DNA of 64,000 bases, from assembly GCA_039908535.1 (NCBI GenBank), contig JAMOAW010000001.1:50259-114258 (forward strand). Reading direction: 5' to 3'. The notes below the pieces were generated by a model. It was not told the DNA's origin. It was given only the letters and a program-made list of their open reading frames with translations, and searched no databases. Both the position numbers and the translations under genes were made by a program. Source of the stretch: Magnetococcus sp. DMHC-6 (lineage in GTDB: Bacteria; Pseudomonadota; Magnetococcia; Magnetococcales; JADFZT01). Position 1 is the first letter of the stretch; each line of letters begins with the position of its first letter. Below, piece by piece: positions 39,723-48,426 of this stretch.

Positions 39723-39838
39723 TGAATTCGGTTTTGCTTTCTTCAAATAGCAGGGGGGTTGGGGGATGCAATCCCCCAAGGTCTTATTTTTTATTTTTTT
39801 ATCTGAACGGTTACTATTTTCCAATACATAAATACGAC

Positions 39839-40720
39839 CTATTGTTGACCAGAGTTCTTTAAAATAAGCAGCAAACGGATCAAATCTTCCCAAGCTGCCC
39901 GTTTCCGTCCCCCGGCATGAAAATAATATTTGGGATGATAGGTCGGAATAACCGGAATACCCTGCCAATGGACCACTCGACCACGCACACGACCCACGGC
40001 CTCTGTCCCACCCAATAGAGTTTGAATAGCCACTTGACCCATGGCCATGATCACGCGAGGCTGCAAAATATGCAGTTGATTAAACAAATACCCCTGACAC
40101 ATCGCAATCTCTCCTGGCTGTGGATTGCGATCCAAGGGGGGTCGACATTTGACCACCAAAACAAGATAGACCTCCTCGCGCTTTAAATCGACCGCACGCA
40201 ACATAAGATCAAAAAACTTCTCCATTGGCCCCACAAATGGCAGGCCCACCGCCTCCTCCTGCTCTCCTGGACTCTCTCCGACAAACACGACACGAGCCTG
40301 AGGTGAACCATAGCCAAAAACCATCTGCTTACGTAAATGCGACAATCCACACCGTTGGCACACTGCTACCTCATGAGCCATCTTTTGCAAAGCACCCGCT
40401 CTCTCGGCACCCGTCAAAACGGAAAAATGAATTCGTTCAAGCTCCGAAAGAGGTGGCAAAGAGGGCTTTTCAACAAGTTGCAATGGCACAGGATAAACGG
40501 GCTCTTTAGGCGACACGGACGGAACATCGCCCTTAAAGACGATCCCTGGTTGACTCTGGGGTAAAAATTTTTTTTCTCGCCCCCTTTCCTGAACCGAATG
40601 AACAGACTCTTTCCACACAGCAGGGTGATCACCCGCCAAAAAGGCGACTCCACACTCCCGCCAATAGGAGATCGTGTGACAAATCTCTCCCAAAGATGGT
40701 TCCGATTCGTACATCCTCAC
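39839..40720 (-). CDS. Family 4 uracil-DNA glycosylase with an N-terminal extension
   Basis: CQRCGL, VVFVGESPGEQEEAVGLPFVG, and HPKYY near the C-terminus. Confidence 0.8.
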   Translation of the reverse strand: MRMYESEPSLGEICHTISYWRECGVAFLAGDHPAVWKESVHSVQERGREKKFLPQSQPGIVFKGDVPSVSPKEPVYPVPLQLVEKPSLPPLSELERIHFSVLTGAERAGALQKMAHEVAVCQRCGLSHLRKQMVFGYGSPQARVVFVGESPGEQEEAVGLPFVGPMEKFFDLMLRAVDLKREEVYLVLVVKCRPPLDRNPQPGEIAMCQGYLFNQLHILQPRVIMAMGQVAIQTLLGGTEAVGRVRGRVVHWQGIPVIPTYHPKYYFHAGGRKRAAWEDLIRLLLILKNSGQQ

Positions 40721-40790
40721 ACCCCTCTATTTTTTACGACCGAACTTACGCAAAGTTTTTCTATATTCAATATCTGGTTTGCGACAAAAA

Positions 40791-40944
40791 AACATAATGC
40801 CCTGCGGGCAAAAAAATCAAAACCCTGGGGGATGAATCCCCCAGACCCCCTCTTTTTTTTAAATATTAAAAGAAAAGGGTGGGAGATTGGGGGACGGTTC
40901 TCCGCCCCCCAAGGTCTTGATTTTTATTTTTCCGATATATGAAC
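40791..40944 (-). repeat. Modular hairpin repeat, full-length, inverted
   Basis: AACATAATGCCCTGCGGGCAAAAAAATCAAAACCCTGGGGGATGAATCCCCCAG...TTTTTCCGATATATGAAC. Confidence 0.9.
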
Positions 40945-41082
40945 GTGCATATTTTCTACGTTTTTGACCAGCAAAAGCATAATAGATTTAATTTTTCTTT
41001 GACTTTTATACATCGAAGAAACATTATATTTTACAAAATTTTAAATCAAACCTTTCTATATATCAAAAAGGAAAATTATATA

Positions 41083-41556
41083 ATGCACTCTATTCGATTA
41101 TTTCTTGAAAGTCGAGAAATTTTTCAAAATCTGCCCCCATCTGTCCTTGATCAAATTGCCACATTCACCGAAATTTTAGATTTTAATGATGGAGAAATGG
41201 CCATACCAAATGGGATAGAGGGAAAACATCAAGATCTTTACCTCCTAGTACGCGGCTCCACCAATATAAGTCTCAACTATGAGGGATTATTGACACAAAT
41301 GTATTGTCACTTTAAACCTATTGAAAACGAATTATACGGAGAAATCTCCTGGCTTCTATCCTGCGAACGAACGGTTCAGGTTTTCAGCAAAGGACCGAGT
41401 CGTTTTGTCAAAATCAATGGAGAACAATTTTTTAATTTTTTAGAACAAAATGTAGAGGTTGGTTTTCAAATCATGCGACGTATTGCGATTGTATTGGCCA
41501 AACGGGTGATCAGTCTAGACGAGCAGATACGCGATAAAACTATTATTAATTTTTAA
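41083..41556 (+). CDS. Stand-alone cyclic-nucleotide-binding (CAP effector-type) domain protein
   Basis: FQNLPPSVLDQIA...F..GE...LYLLVRGS...GEISWL...RTVQV layout. The ATG at 41083 follows an AAAGGAAAA purine tract. Confidence 0.6.
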   Translation: MHSIRLFLESREIFQNLPPSVLDQIATFTEILDFNDGEMAIPNGIEGKHQDLYLLVRGSTNISLNYEGLLTQMYCHFKPIENELYGEISWLLSCERTVQVFSKGPSRFVKINGEQFFNFLEQNVEVGFQIMRRIAIVLAKRVISLDEQIRDKTIINF

Positions 41557-41584
41557 ATATCATGCTCAAAAAAATCTGAACCAT

Positions 41585-41700
41585 GTTCATGTATCGGAAA
41601 AACAAAAATCGAGACCTTGGGGGGCGGAGAACCGCCCCCCAATTCCCCCACCCTTTTTAGGGTCTGAGGGATTCATCCCCCACGGTTGGGCCTTTCATTT
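41585..41700 (+). repeat. Modular hairpin repeat, 3' arm replaced
   Basis: GTTCATGTATCGGAAAAACAAAAATCGAGACCTTGGGGGGCGGAGAACCGCCCCCC... Confidence 0.8.
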
Positions 41701-41706
41701 TACGAC

Positions 41707-42519
41707 ATGGTTTATTTTATGATCTCTTTTTTATTCATAGCTTCCTTAATAACAGGCCTTTTGGCCGGGATTTTAGCGGGTTTGTTAGGAGTAGGTGGGG
41801 GAATTTTAATTGTTCCAGCGTTGCTGATGCTGTTTCATCTGGATGGCATCAACCCAGTAATCGCCATGCAATTGGCCACTGGAACGTCGCTGGCCACGAT
41901 TGTGGTGACCAACTGTTCGGCAATTTGGAACCACCACAAACGCCACGCCGTGGATTGGAAAATCGTACCGCAATATATTCCAGGTGTGATTCTTGGTGCG
42001 TGGTTAGGAGCACAAGGTGCCGCGTTGATCTCTGGAGAACTTTTACGCACCCTGTTTGGCTTGTTTGAAATCGCCATCGGTCTGCAAATGGTCCGTTCTC
42101 ATTCCCCCAACCCCCCCTCGCACTTTTCGGTGCCAGAATATCTGCACCCGGTATTGGGGATCGGAATCGGAATGCTCAGCAGCCTGTTTGGTATTGGGGG
42201 GGGCACCCTTTCGGTTCCTGTTTTAAATTTAATCGTCGGCCTACCCATTTTGCAAGCGGTTGGCTCGGCTTCGGCCATTGGTTTGGCCATTGCCGTGGCT
42301 GGAGCCAGCGGCTATATCCATGCCGGCTGGGGGTTGACGACCTTACCACATGATGCTTTGGGCTTTGTCGTCCCCACCGCCTTTTATGGAATTATCTGCG
42401 GTACCTTACTGACCACCCATCTTGGGGTGCGTTTAGCCCATACCCTCCCCGCCAATCAACTCAAACGAGGATTTGGACTCTTCCTGTTGCTGGTTGGATT
42501 TAAATTACTCTGGCATTGA
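41707..42519 (+). CDS. TauE/SafE-family sulfite/anion exporter
   Basis: Polytopic membrane protein with duplicated GxLGVGGGxLxVPxL motifs (LLGVGGGILIVPAL, LFGIGGGTLSVPVL). The start is uncertain because the upstream TTG at 41686 lies in a repeat. Confidence 0.8.
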   Translation: MVYFMISFLFIASLITGLLAGILAGLLGVGGGILIVPALLMLFHLDGINPVIAMQLATGTSLATIVVTNCSAIWNHHKRHAVDWKIVPQYIPGVILGAWLGAQGAALISGELLRTLFGLFEIAIGLQMVRSHSPNPPSHFSVPEYLHPVLGIGIGMLSSLFGIGGGTLSVPVLNLIVGLPILQAVGSASAIGLAIAVAGASGYIHAGWGLTTLPHDALGFVVPTAFYGIICGTLLTTHLGVRLAHTLPANQLKRGFGLFLLLVGFKLLWH

Positions 42520-42540
42520 TTTTTGACCATAAGAGACCAT

Positions 42541-42602
42541 GGCACAAAAAAACAAAAAGCTAAGGGGCGAAGAACCGCTCCCCACCCCCAAGCATGATAT
42601 TC
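42541..42602 (+). repeat. Mini variant of the hairpin repeat (one hairpin plus terminal arm)
   Basis: AAGGGGCGAAGAACCGCTCCCCACCCCCAAGCATGATATTC. It abuts the tyrS stop codon. Confidence 0.6.
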
Positions 42603-43833
42603 ATGATTCCAAAGTAATATAAGCAAATTGACGTTTGCCAACTTGGAGCAATACCCGCTGACCAGCGACCAATACCATTTTTTCATCTTGAACCAATTGT
42701 TGATCCAAATGGACGGCGTTTTGACGGATAAGACGCATCCCTTCACTACTAGATTTGACCAACCCAGCTTGTTTGAGCAAGGTCGCCAACCCCACGCTCT
42801 CCCCTCCCACAGAGTAACTGATTTCATTGATCTCCTCTGGTAACTCCCCTTTATTTTTTTTGCGATTAAAATCTTTTTTAGCCCACAATGCGGCCTCTAA
42901 GCCATGGAAACGTGCCGTGAGTTCTTGGGCCAACTCTTCCTTAACCGCCATGGGATGGAGACGCTCACTCAAAACCCCCGCACGCAACTCCTCCACCTGC
43001 GCCAAACTTTTATCGGATAATAGTTCAAAATAACGCCACATCAAGGGGTCAGAAATGGACATGGTTTTACCAAATATCTCCTCCGGGCTATCTTGGATGG
43101 CGATGGTGTTGCCAAGAGATTTGGACATTTTATTCACCCCATCCAACCCCTCCAAAAGAGGAAGGGTGACGATACATTGCGGTTTTTGACCATATTCTCT
43201 TTGCAATTCCCGTCCGACCAATAAATTAAAAGTTTGATCCGTCCCACCCAACTCGACATCGGCCCGCAAGGCGACGGAATCATATCCTTGCACCAGTGGA
43301 TATAAAAATTCATGGATGGCGATGGGTCTCCCGCTCTGATAACGTTTGGCAAAATCGTCCCGTTCCAACATTCTGGCCACGGTATGCCGGGCGGCCAGTT
43401 GAATTAAATCAACAGCAGACATGGGATTCATCCAGGAACTGTTAAAGACCACTTCAGTAGCCTCTGGATCCAAAATGCGAAACACCTGCTCCTTATAAGT
43501 TTGCGCGTTGGCAACTACCTGCTCGACAGTCAACGGCTTGCGGGTTTCACTTTTACCGGTGGGATCGCCAATCAATCCCGTAAAATCACCGATTAAAAAA
43601 AGAATATGGTGACCCAACTCTTGAAATTGGCGTAATTTTTGAATTAATACCGTATGGCCCAAATGTAAATCTGGGGCAGTTGGATCAAAACCTGCTTTTA
43701 TACGCAAGGGCGTTTGGGTGGCGATAGAGAGCTCCAAACGGCTTTTAAGCTCTTCTTCAGAGATAATCTGTACCACCCCGCGACGAATCACTTCCATTTG
43801 TTCCGCAACCGATTTTGTTTTCACGATTCTCAT
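42601..43833 (-). CDS. tyrS: Tyrosine--tRNA ligase
   Basis: HIGH motif (PDLHLGH), KMSKS motif, and a C-terminal S4-like domain. Confidence 0.95.
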   Translation of the reverse strand: MRIVKTKSVAEQMEVIRRGVVQIISEEELKSRLELSIATQTPLRIKAGFDPTAPDLHLGHTVLIQKLRQFQELGHHILFLIGDFTGLIGDPTGKSETRKPLTVEQVVANAQTYKEQVFRILDPEATEVVFNSSWMNPMSAVDLIQLAARHTVARMLERDDFAKRYQSGRPIAIHEFLYPLVQGYDSVALRADVELGGTDQTFNLLVGRELQREYGQKPQCIVTLPLLEGLDGVNKMSKSLGNTIAIQDSPEEIFGKTMSISDPLMWRYFELLSDKSLAQVEELRAGVLSERLHPMAVKEELAQELTARFHGLEAALWAKKDFNRKKNKGELPEEINEISYSVGGESVGLATLLKQAGLVKSSSEGMRLIRQNAVHLDQQLVQDEKMVLVAGQRVLLQVGKRQFAYITLES

Positions 43834-43865
43834 GTTAAACTCTCTTTAATGTATTATACCCTATT

Positions 43866-44013
43866 GAAAAAATAAGACCTTGAGGGGGCGGAGAACCGCC
43901 CCCCCAATCCTCCCCACCCTTCTTTTCTAATTCTTTAAAAAAAAGAGGGGGGGCTGGGGGATTCATCCCCCAGGGTTTTGATTTTAATTTTTTGCCCGCA
44001 GGGCACTATGTTC
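43866..44013 (+). repeat. Modular hairpin repeat, near full-length
   Basis: AAGACCTTGAGGGGGCGGAGAACCGCCCCCCC...TTGCCCGCAGGGCACTATGTTC. Confidence 0.9.
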
Positions 44014-44060
44014 TTTTATCATTCTGCGACTAAAACATTTTTTTTTAAAGGTTAAGAATC

Positions 44061-45203
44061 ATGTCTGAAGAGATATATGCCATTGGACTGCTTTCTGGCA
44101 CCTCCGCCGATGCCATTGATGCTGTTTTAGTACAAACCGACGGTCTCTCGCCTCCCAAGGTACGGATAGCCACCACAACTCCTTTAGAAGAACAGATTCG
44201 GCAAGAGATTTTTAACCTTTATGAACCCGCACCAGGAGAGTTGGATCGTTTAGGGGCGTTGGACCGTCATCTAGGGGAACTCTTTGCCCAAGCGGCATTA
44301 CATCTCTGTCATCAGGCCAACCTGCGCCCAGACCAAGTGCACGTCATTGGTAGCCATGGCCAAACCGTGCGCCACCGACCACCAATTTTTACCCTCCAAA
44401 TAGGCAATCCCTTTATTATTTCAGCACGGACAGGCATTCCCACCGTCGCCAATTTTCGTTTGGCCGATATGGCACGTGGCGGGGATGGTGCCCCCCTCAC
44501 CCCTCTTTTTCATCACTGTTTATTTGCTCGCCCAGGACAACGAGTGGGGGTGCTCAATTTGGGTGGCATTGCCAATTTAACAATCTTACCAGATGATCAA
44601 AAAGGATTATTACTAGGCGGCGATACCGGACCTGCCAATACCTTGCTTGATCTATTGGCACAACAGGTGAGCCATGGAGAACAACAGTGTGATATGAATG
44701 GCGCAGAAGCGGCGCGTGGCAAGGTTCATAAAGCGGCTTTGGATTGGTTGATGGACCACCCCTTTATAAAACAACCTCTGCCCAAATCTACAGGACGCGA
44801 GGTGTTTGGAGCCTCTTATTTAGCGCAATTTTTGACCCATTTTGCCTGGCTGTCGGTTGCCGATTTATTTGCAACATTGACGCAATTTACCGTCTCTTCC
44901 GTGCTTTCAGCTCTAAAAGATCAAGTAGTTTTGGATCAATTAATCCTCTGTGGAGGAGGCGCAAAAAATGCACATATGGTGACGCTCTTGCAGCAAGGAT
45001 TACCTTCAACACAGGTCATCCCAAGCAATGTCATAGGAATTGATTCGGATAGCTTAGAGAGTCAAGCCTTCGCTTGGTTTGCCGTGCGCACGTTGCGAGG
45101 CTTGACCTCCTCGTTGCCCCGCGCCACTGGGGCAACAATGGAGGCGGTCTTAGGGGCGATTCATCCAGTCACAAAGATCCCCCAAACCACCTCTTTTTTA
45201 TAA
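44061..45203 (+). CDS. anmK: Anhydro-N-acetylmuramic acid kinase
   Basis: IGLLSGTSADAIDAVL, HGQTVRH, NLGGIANL, DTGPAN. Confidence 0.9.
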   Translation: MSEEIYAIGLLSGTSADAIDAVLVQTDGLSPPKVRIATTTPLEEQIRQEIFNLYEPAPGELDRLGALDRHLGELFAQAALHLCHQANLRPDQVHVIGSHGQTVRHRPPIFTLQIGNPFIISARTGIPTVANFRLADMARGGDGAPLTPLFHHCLFARPGQRVGVLNLGGIANLTILPDDQKGLLLGGDTGPANTLLDLLAQQVSHGEQQCDMNGAEAARGKVHKAALDWLMDHPFIKQPLPKSTGREVFGASYLAQFLTHFAWLSVADLFATLTQFTVSSVLSALKDQVVLDQLILCGGGAKNAHMVTLLQQGLPSTQVIPSNVIGIDSDSLESQAFAWFAVRTLRGLTSSLPRATGATMEAVLGAIHPVTKIPQTTSFL

Positions 45204-45908
45204 ACGTTTTCCAGACCATACCGCTCTGCCAACGATTTGCAATTTTCCCGCCAGCGTATCGGCAGGCACAACGAGTTTTTCATAAACAGGATTATCGCTT
45301 TTGATATGAATGGTTCCATCAAAGCCGCGCTGCATCCGTTTGGCAATCAAAAAATCATCACGCCGAATGACATAAATGGCATCGTTGCGCACATCCCGTT
45401 CCCGCAGATCAAGCAACAACAAATTGCCCTCTTGCAGGGTTGGTTCCATGCTATCTCCTTTAACCTCCACCAAGGCCAATTGGTTGGGATCCAATCCCAT
45501 CACCCCTTTAATCCAATCGGCTTTAAAAGCCAAAGGCTCTTTTAAATTTTCCGAATCAAGCATAAGCCCTGTTTTGACCGTTGATTCGAGTCTAGGCACC
45601 AGAATATAGCCCTTATGAATCAAATAGGGACTTCCAACCTCTTCGATGGACATGACAAAGCTAGCATGGTCGCCCTCCTCGTAGACACGCGGCGGTCCGC
45701 GTCCTGTCAAAAGCCAATTCACAGAGACATTTGTGTGACTGGCGATTTTGATCAACGTACTGGTTTGCGGTATGGCCCCCTTATTTAAAATGCCACTGAA
45801 AGTGGATTTCTGAATACCCGCTTTTTGCGCCCAGACATAAGGGAGTTCCATACCGATCACACGAAGAAGCCGTTCCCTCAAGCCGGGAGATGCTGATTCG
45901 GTTTTCAT
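45198..45908 (-). CDS. Phage CI/LexA-like repressor (HTH + S24 peptidase domain)
   Basis: The N-terminal HTH is GIQKSTFSGILNKGAIPQTSTLIKIA. The C-terminal S24 domain has VKGDSMEPTL and FLIAKRM (Ser/Lys dyad context). Confidence 0.8.
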   Translation of the reverse strand: MKTESASPGLRERLLRVIGMELPYVWAQKAGIQKSTFSGILNKGAIPQTSTLIKIASHTNVSVNWLLTGRGPPRVYEEGDHASFVMSIEEVGSPYLIHKGYILVPRLESTVKTGLMLDSENLKEPLAFKADWIKGVMGLDPNQLALVEVKGDSMEPTLQEGNLLLLDLRERDVRNDAIYVIRRDDFLIAKRMQRGFDGTIHIKSDNPVYEKLVVPADTLAGKLQIVGRAVWSGKRL

Positions 45909-45929
45909 AACTTTCCTTTGATAAAATAA

Positions 45930-46080
45930 TTTTTACGAACCATAAATAGACAAATTTACGAATTAGTTTGGTTATTAATGAACAAATCGACAAAATAAAC
46001 GTCTTAATATGAAAAATTTCTTGACATTTACGAACTAAAAACCGAACATATTTAATAAAACCGAACTAAGCAACCGAACC
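45930..46080. promoter_or_regulatory. Divergent control region with reiterated TTTACGAA (x3) and ACCGAAC (x3) motifs and a TTGACA hexamer
   Basis: TTTACGAA at 45932, 45955 and 46027. ACCGAAC at 46041, 46060 and 46073. TTGACA at 46021. Confidence 0.35.
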
Positions 46081-46152
46081 AATAAAAACATCCTAACCGG
46101 GAAAAGAAGACAGTGTCAAAATTAATCCTTATCAGAAGGGAATGAGCAGGAG

Positions 46153-46704
46153 ATGAAAACCATGATAAAACGTAACCAAGTCAATCCAGAACATCTCATC
46201 ATCGTTCGAGATTTAAATCATGCCAATGCCATACTCGGAGAAATTGCCGGGCTAAAAAGAAAAATCAGCGCCATCGAAGCAGACATGAACACCAGTATCG
46301 AACGAATAAAAACGGCCGCAGAAGCCTTCGCCTCCCCACGTCGCATCCGCCTGGAAGCTCTCGCAAATGGACTCGCCGCTTTTGCCGAATATCACAAAAC
46401 AGAAATGTTTACCCATCGCCGAAGCATTCCGCTTAATTTTGGGGTTATCGGTTTTCGACGTGCCAATGAAATAAAACCCAAACCCAGCATCAAATGGTTA
46501 GATGTTTTACAAAAATTAAAAGAACTCGGTTTGTTCTCAGCCATTCGCCAACGCGAAGAGATCAATAAAGACGCATTGCGCCATTGGTCTGAAGAACAGT
46601 TGGATCAAATCGGTGCCCAAAGATTGGAAAAAGATCAGTTCTGGTACGAAATAAAAGAAGAAATTCTCATCAATGAAACATCTCTTAACCGCATGATAGG
46701 ATAA
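46153..46704 (+). CDS. gam: Mu Gam-like host-nuclease inhibitor (Ku-like DNA-end-binding) protein
   Basis: It aligns by eye with Mu Gam: IAGLKRKISAIEADMNTSIERIK against IGDLQREASRLETEMNDAIAEIT, and LKELGLFSAIRQREEINKDAL against LERLGLQRFIRTKQEINKEAI. Confidence 0.8.
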   Translation: MKTMIKRNQVNPEHLIIVRDLNHANAILGEIAGLKRKISAIEADMNTSIERIKTAAEAFASPRRIRLEALANGLAAFAEYHKTEMFTHRRSIPLNFGVIGFRRANEIKPKPSIKWLDVLQKLKELGLFSAIRQREEINKDALRHWSEEQLDQIGAQRLEKDQFWYEIKEEILINETSLNRMIG

Positions 46705-46708
46705 CATT

Positions 46709-47077
46709 ATGAACACACAGTTTGAAATTAAAGAAAACGATCTACCCGATTCCCTCCAAGAGATCAAAGAGATTATCGGCATGGAGGGGGCCTTGACTTT
46801 AGTCCAACGTTGCGGAGGAACAAGATTATTTGTCCCTAAAAAAATTAATGCGCAACATAAATTAGTCGAACTCTTAGGTTTTGAGCGCGCCAGAAGACTC
46901 TGCTTGCATTTTGGCGGAGAGACTTTATTAATTGTACGCGCAGCCAAAGCCAAAAGATTGGCACGCAACCGCGAAATTATTCGCCTTTATGATGATGGCG
47001 GCTCAGTTCGCAATTTGGCCAAAGAATTTAATTTAACCGAACGGGCCATCTATTCCGTACTCTCATGCACCTGTTAA
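46709..47077 (+). CDS. Mor-family (Mu middle operon regulator-like) transcription activator
   Basis: C-terminal HTH RNREIIRLYDDGGSVRNLAKEFNLTERAIYSVL; the size and position after gam fit. Confidence 0.7.
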   Translation: MNTQFEIKENDLPDSLQEIKEIIGMEGALTLVQRCGGTRLFVPKKINAQHKLVELLGFERARRLCLHFGGETLLIVRAAKAKRLARNREIIRLYDDGGSVRNLAKEFNLTERAIYSVLSCTC

Positions 47078-47117
47078 CAGACAAATCAAAAGACAAAAAA
47101 CGATCAACAATGTCGGC

Positions 47118-47146
47118 ATGGGCTTGAACCACGCGTTCAGGCCCAT
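47118..47146. terminator. 12 bp hairpin between convergent genes
   Basis: ATGGGCTTGAAC-cacgc-GTTCAGGCCCAT (one G-U pair). No T-tract. Confidence 0.35.
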
Positions 47147-47172
47147 CCTGAATGATTCAACAAAATTTAAAT

Positions 47173-47832
47173 TCACTGGGCCTTGCGAAGGGATTGCTCG
47201 ATTTTATCGGACATCGAAGAAATTTCACTGATCACGCGATCAATGTCCCCGGCCAAATCACGTGCCACCCGCGCCGTGCTTTTCACCTCACCGGCCACTA
47301 CCGCAAATCCTTTGCCAAACTCACCAGCCCGCGACGCTTGAATACCGGCATTAATAGCCAACACTTCCAGTTCATTGGAGATTTTTTCAATCACATGTAA
47401 GGTTTTTGAAACATCACGCGTATTGCGATCAATCTCACGCCGAACCTCGGAAAGATCCTCGAACACCTGGGTATTGGTTACCCCTTGCTGTTCACTCAAC
47501 ACTTTATAGGTCAACAAAGCCGCTTCGCTCGGCATGATCTGGGTAGGTGCTGACACCCCAGACAAAATCTCCCGCACCTGCGCCGAGCCTACTGCATCAA
47601 TAATAAGATCCACATGATGATTTTTTAAAGCCGCTTCCAGGTTAGTAAGCGTTTTGACCCCCATTTTTTTGGCTTTTTTAATGCCAACAGCCTCAGAGTC
47701 ATTATCGACCATAAAGACCAGTTCAACGTAAGAGCTCTTGGCAAAAAACTGCAACAATTCACCTCCCCGCTCTCCACCGCCGACAATGCCGACTTTTTTT
47801 CTTTCCGCTTTGGTATCTTTACTTGCGACCAT
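47173..47832 (-). CDS. Rossmann-like N-terminal domain fused to a short MCP signalling-domain tip segment
   Basis: KKVGIVGGGERGGELL, then the conserved MCP hairpin tip LAINAGIQASRAGEFGKGFAVVAGEVKSTA. GGGAGA precedes the ATG at 47832. Confidence 0.6.
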   Translation of the reverse strand: MVASKDTKAERKKVGIVGGGERGGELLQFFAKSSYVELVFMVDNDSEAVGIKKAKKMGVKTLTNLEAALKNHHVDLIIDAVGSAQVREILSGVSAPTQIMPSEAALLTYKVLSEQQGVTNTQVFEDLSEVRREIDRNTRDVSKTLHVIEKISNELEVLAINAGIQASRAGEFGKGFAVVAGEVKSTARVARDLAGDIDRVISEISSMSDKIEQSLRKAQ

Positions 47833-47971
47833 TCTTATTTTCTCCCGGCTTGACCTTATTGGCCCAGTGGATAAACATGCCTTCATACTCTCGGCGGTTA
47901 TCCTCGTTAACAAACGGCTTGATAAAAATTTTTTATGACCACCTTTTAATCATAAAATTGGAGATACATCT

Positions 47972-48129
47972 ATGTATCGGAAAAATAAAAATCAAGACCT
48001 TGGGGGGCGGAGAACCGCCCCCCAATCCCCCCACCCTTTTCTTTTAATACTTAAAAAAAAGAGGGGGTCTTGGGGATTCATCCCCCAGGGTTTTGATTTT
48101 GACTTTTTTGCCCGCAGGGCACCATGTTC
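47972..48129 (+). repeat. Modular hairpin repeat, full-length (used here as the reference copy)
   Basis: ATGTATCGGAAAAATAAAAATCAAGACCTTGGGGGGCGGAGAACCGCCCCCCAATCCCCCCACCCTTTTCTTTTAATACTTAAAAAAAAGAGGGGGTCTTGGGGATTCATCCCCCAGGGTTTTGATTTTGACTTTTTTGCCCGCAGGGCACCATGTTC. Confidence 0.9.
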
Positions 48130-48426
48130 AAAAAAAAGCACCATGTCACAATTGCGCCATCTTCATATTTACTGCAATGCAGGATAACACAAGAACAGCC
48201 AAATTTTCACCGAAAAAAATTTGACTAATGAGCAATCTTTCGAGCATCGCCACCCAGTTAATTCGCTTTTTTTTCTCCTTGCACTTTCATGAAAAATAAT
48301 ACACTTTTTATGCAATTGATATATTTGATTCATCACAAGTTTATTGATCTTCTTGGTGTGTTTTTTGCATAGAAATCTCAAATATATCTTCTTCAAATTA
48401 AATCTCCCCCCTATGGAGAAGAGAGC

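Larger units (their letters stand above)
39339..39800. repeat. Two tandem units of about 223 and 235 bp; each is a chimeric variant of the hairpin repeat with a hexanucleotide array at its centre
   Basis: Unit starts TTTATTGCTTTGGCGTAACCGTTCATAATAAAAAAAAGGGGTCTGGGGGATTGCCCCCAGGG at 39339 and 39562. Each unit ends GGGGGGTTGGGGGATGCAATCCCCCAAGGTCTT. Confidence 0.85.

Noticed and set aside
39321-39968. 215 aa ORF (and nested 70-78 aa ORFs) encoding KAKSKAKAK low-complexity sequence
   Set aside because: The translation comes from the hexanucleotide microsatellites and hairpin modules. The ORF also runs into the 3' end of the udg gene in another frame. No start context or domain supports it.
46021-46055. 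Sigma-70 promoter call for gam (TTGACA at 46021)
   Set aside because: No good -10 hexamer lies at 16-19 bp spacing. GAACAT at 17 bp is weak and TATTTA is 22 bp away. The TTGACA is mentioned only as part of the regulatory region, not as a defined promoter.
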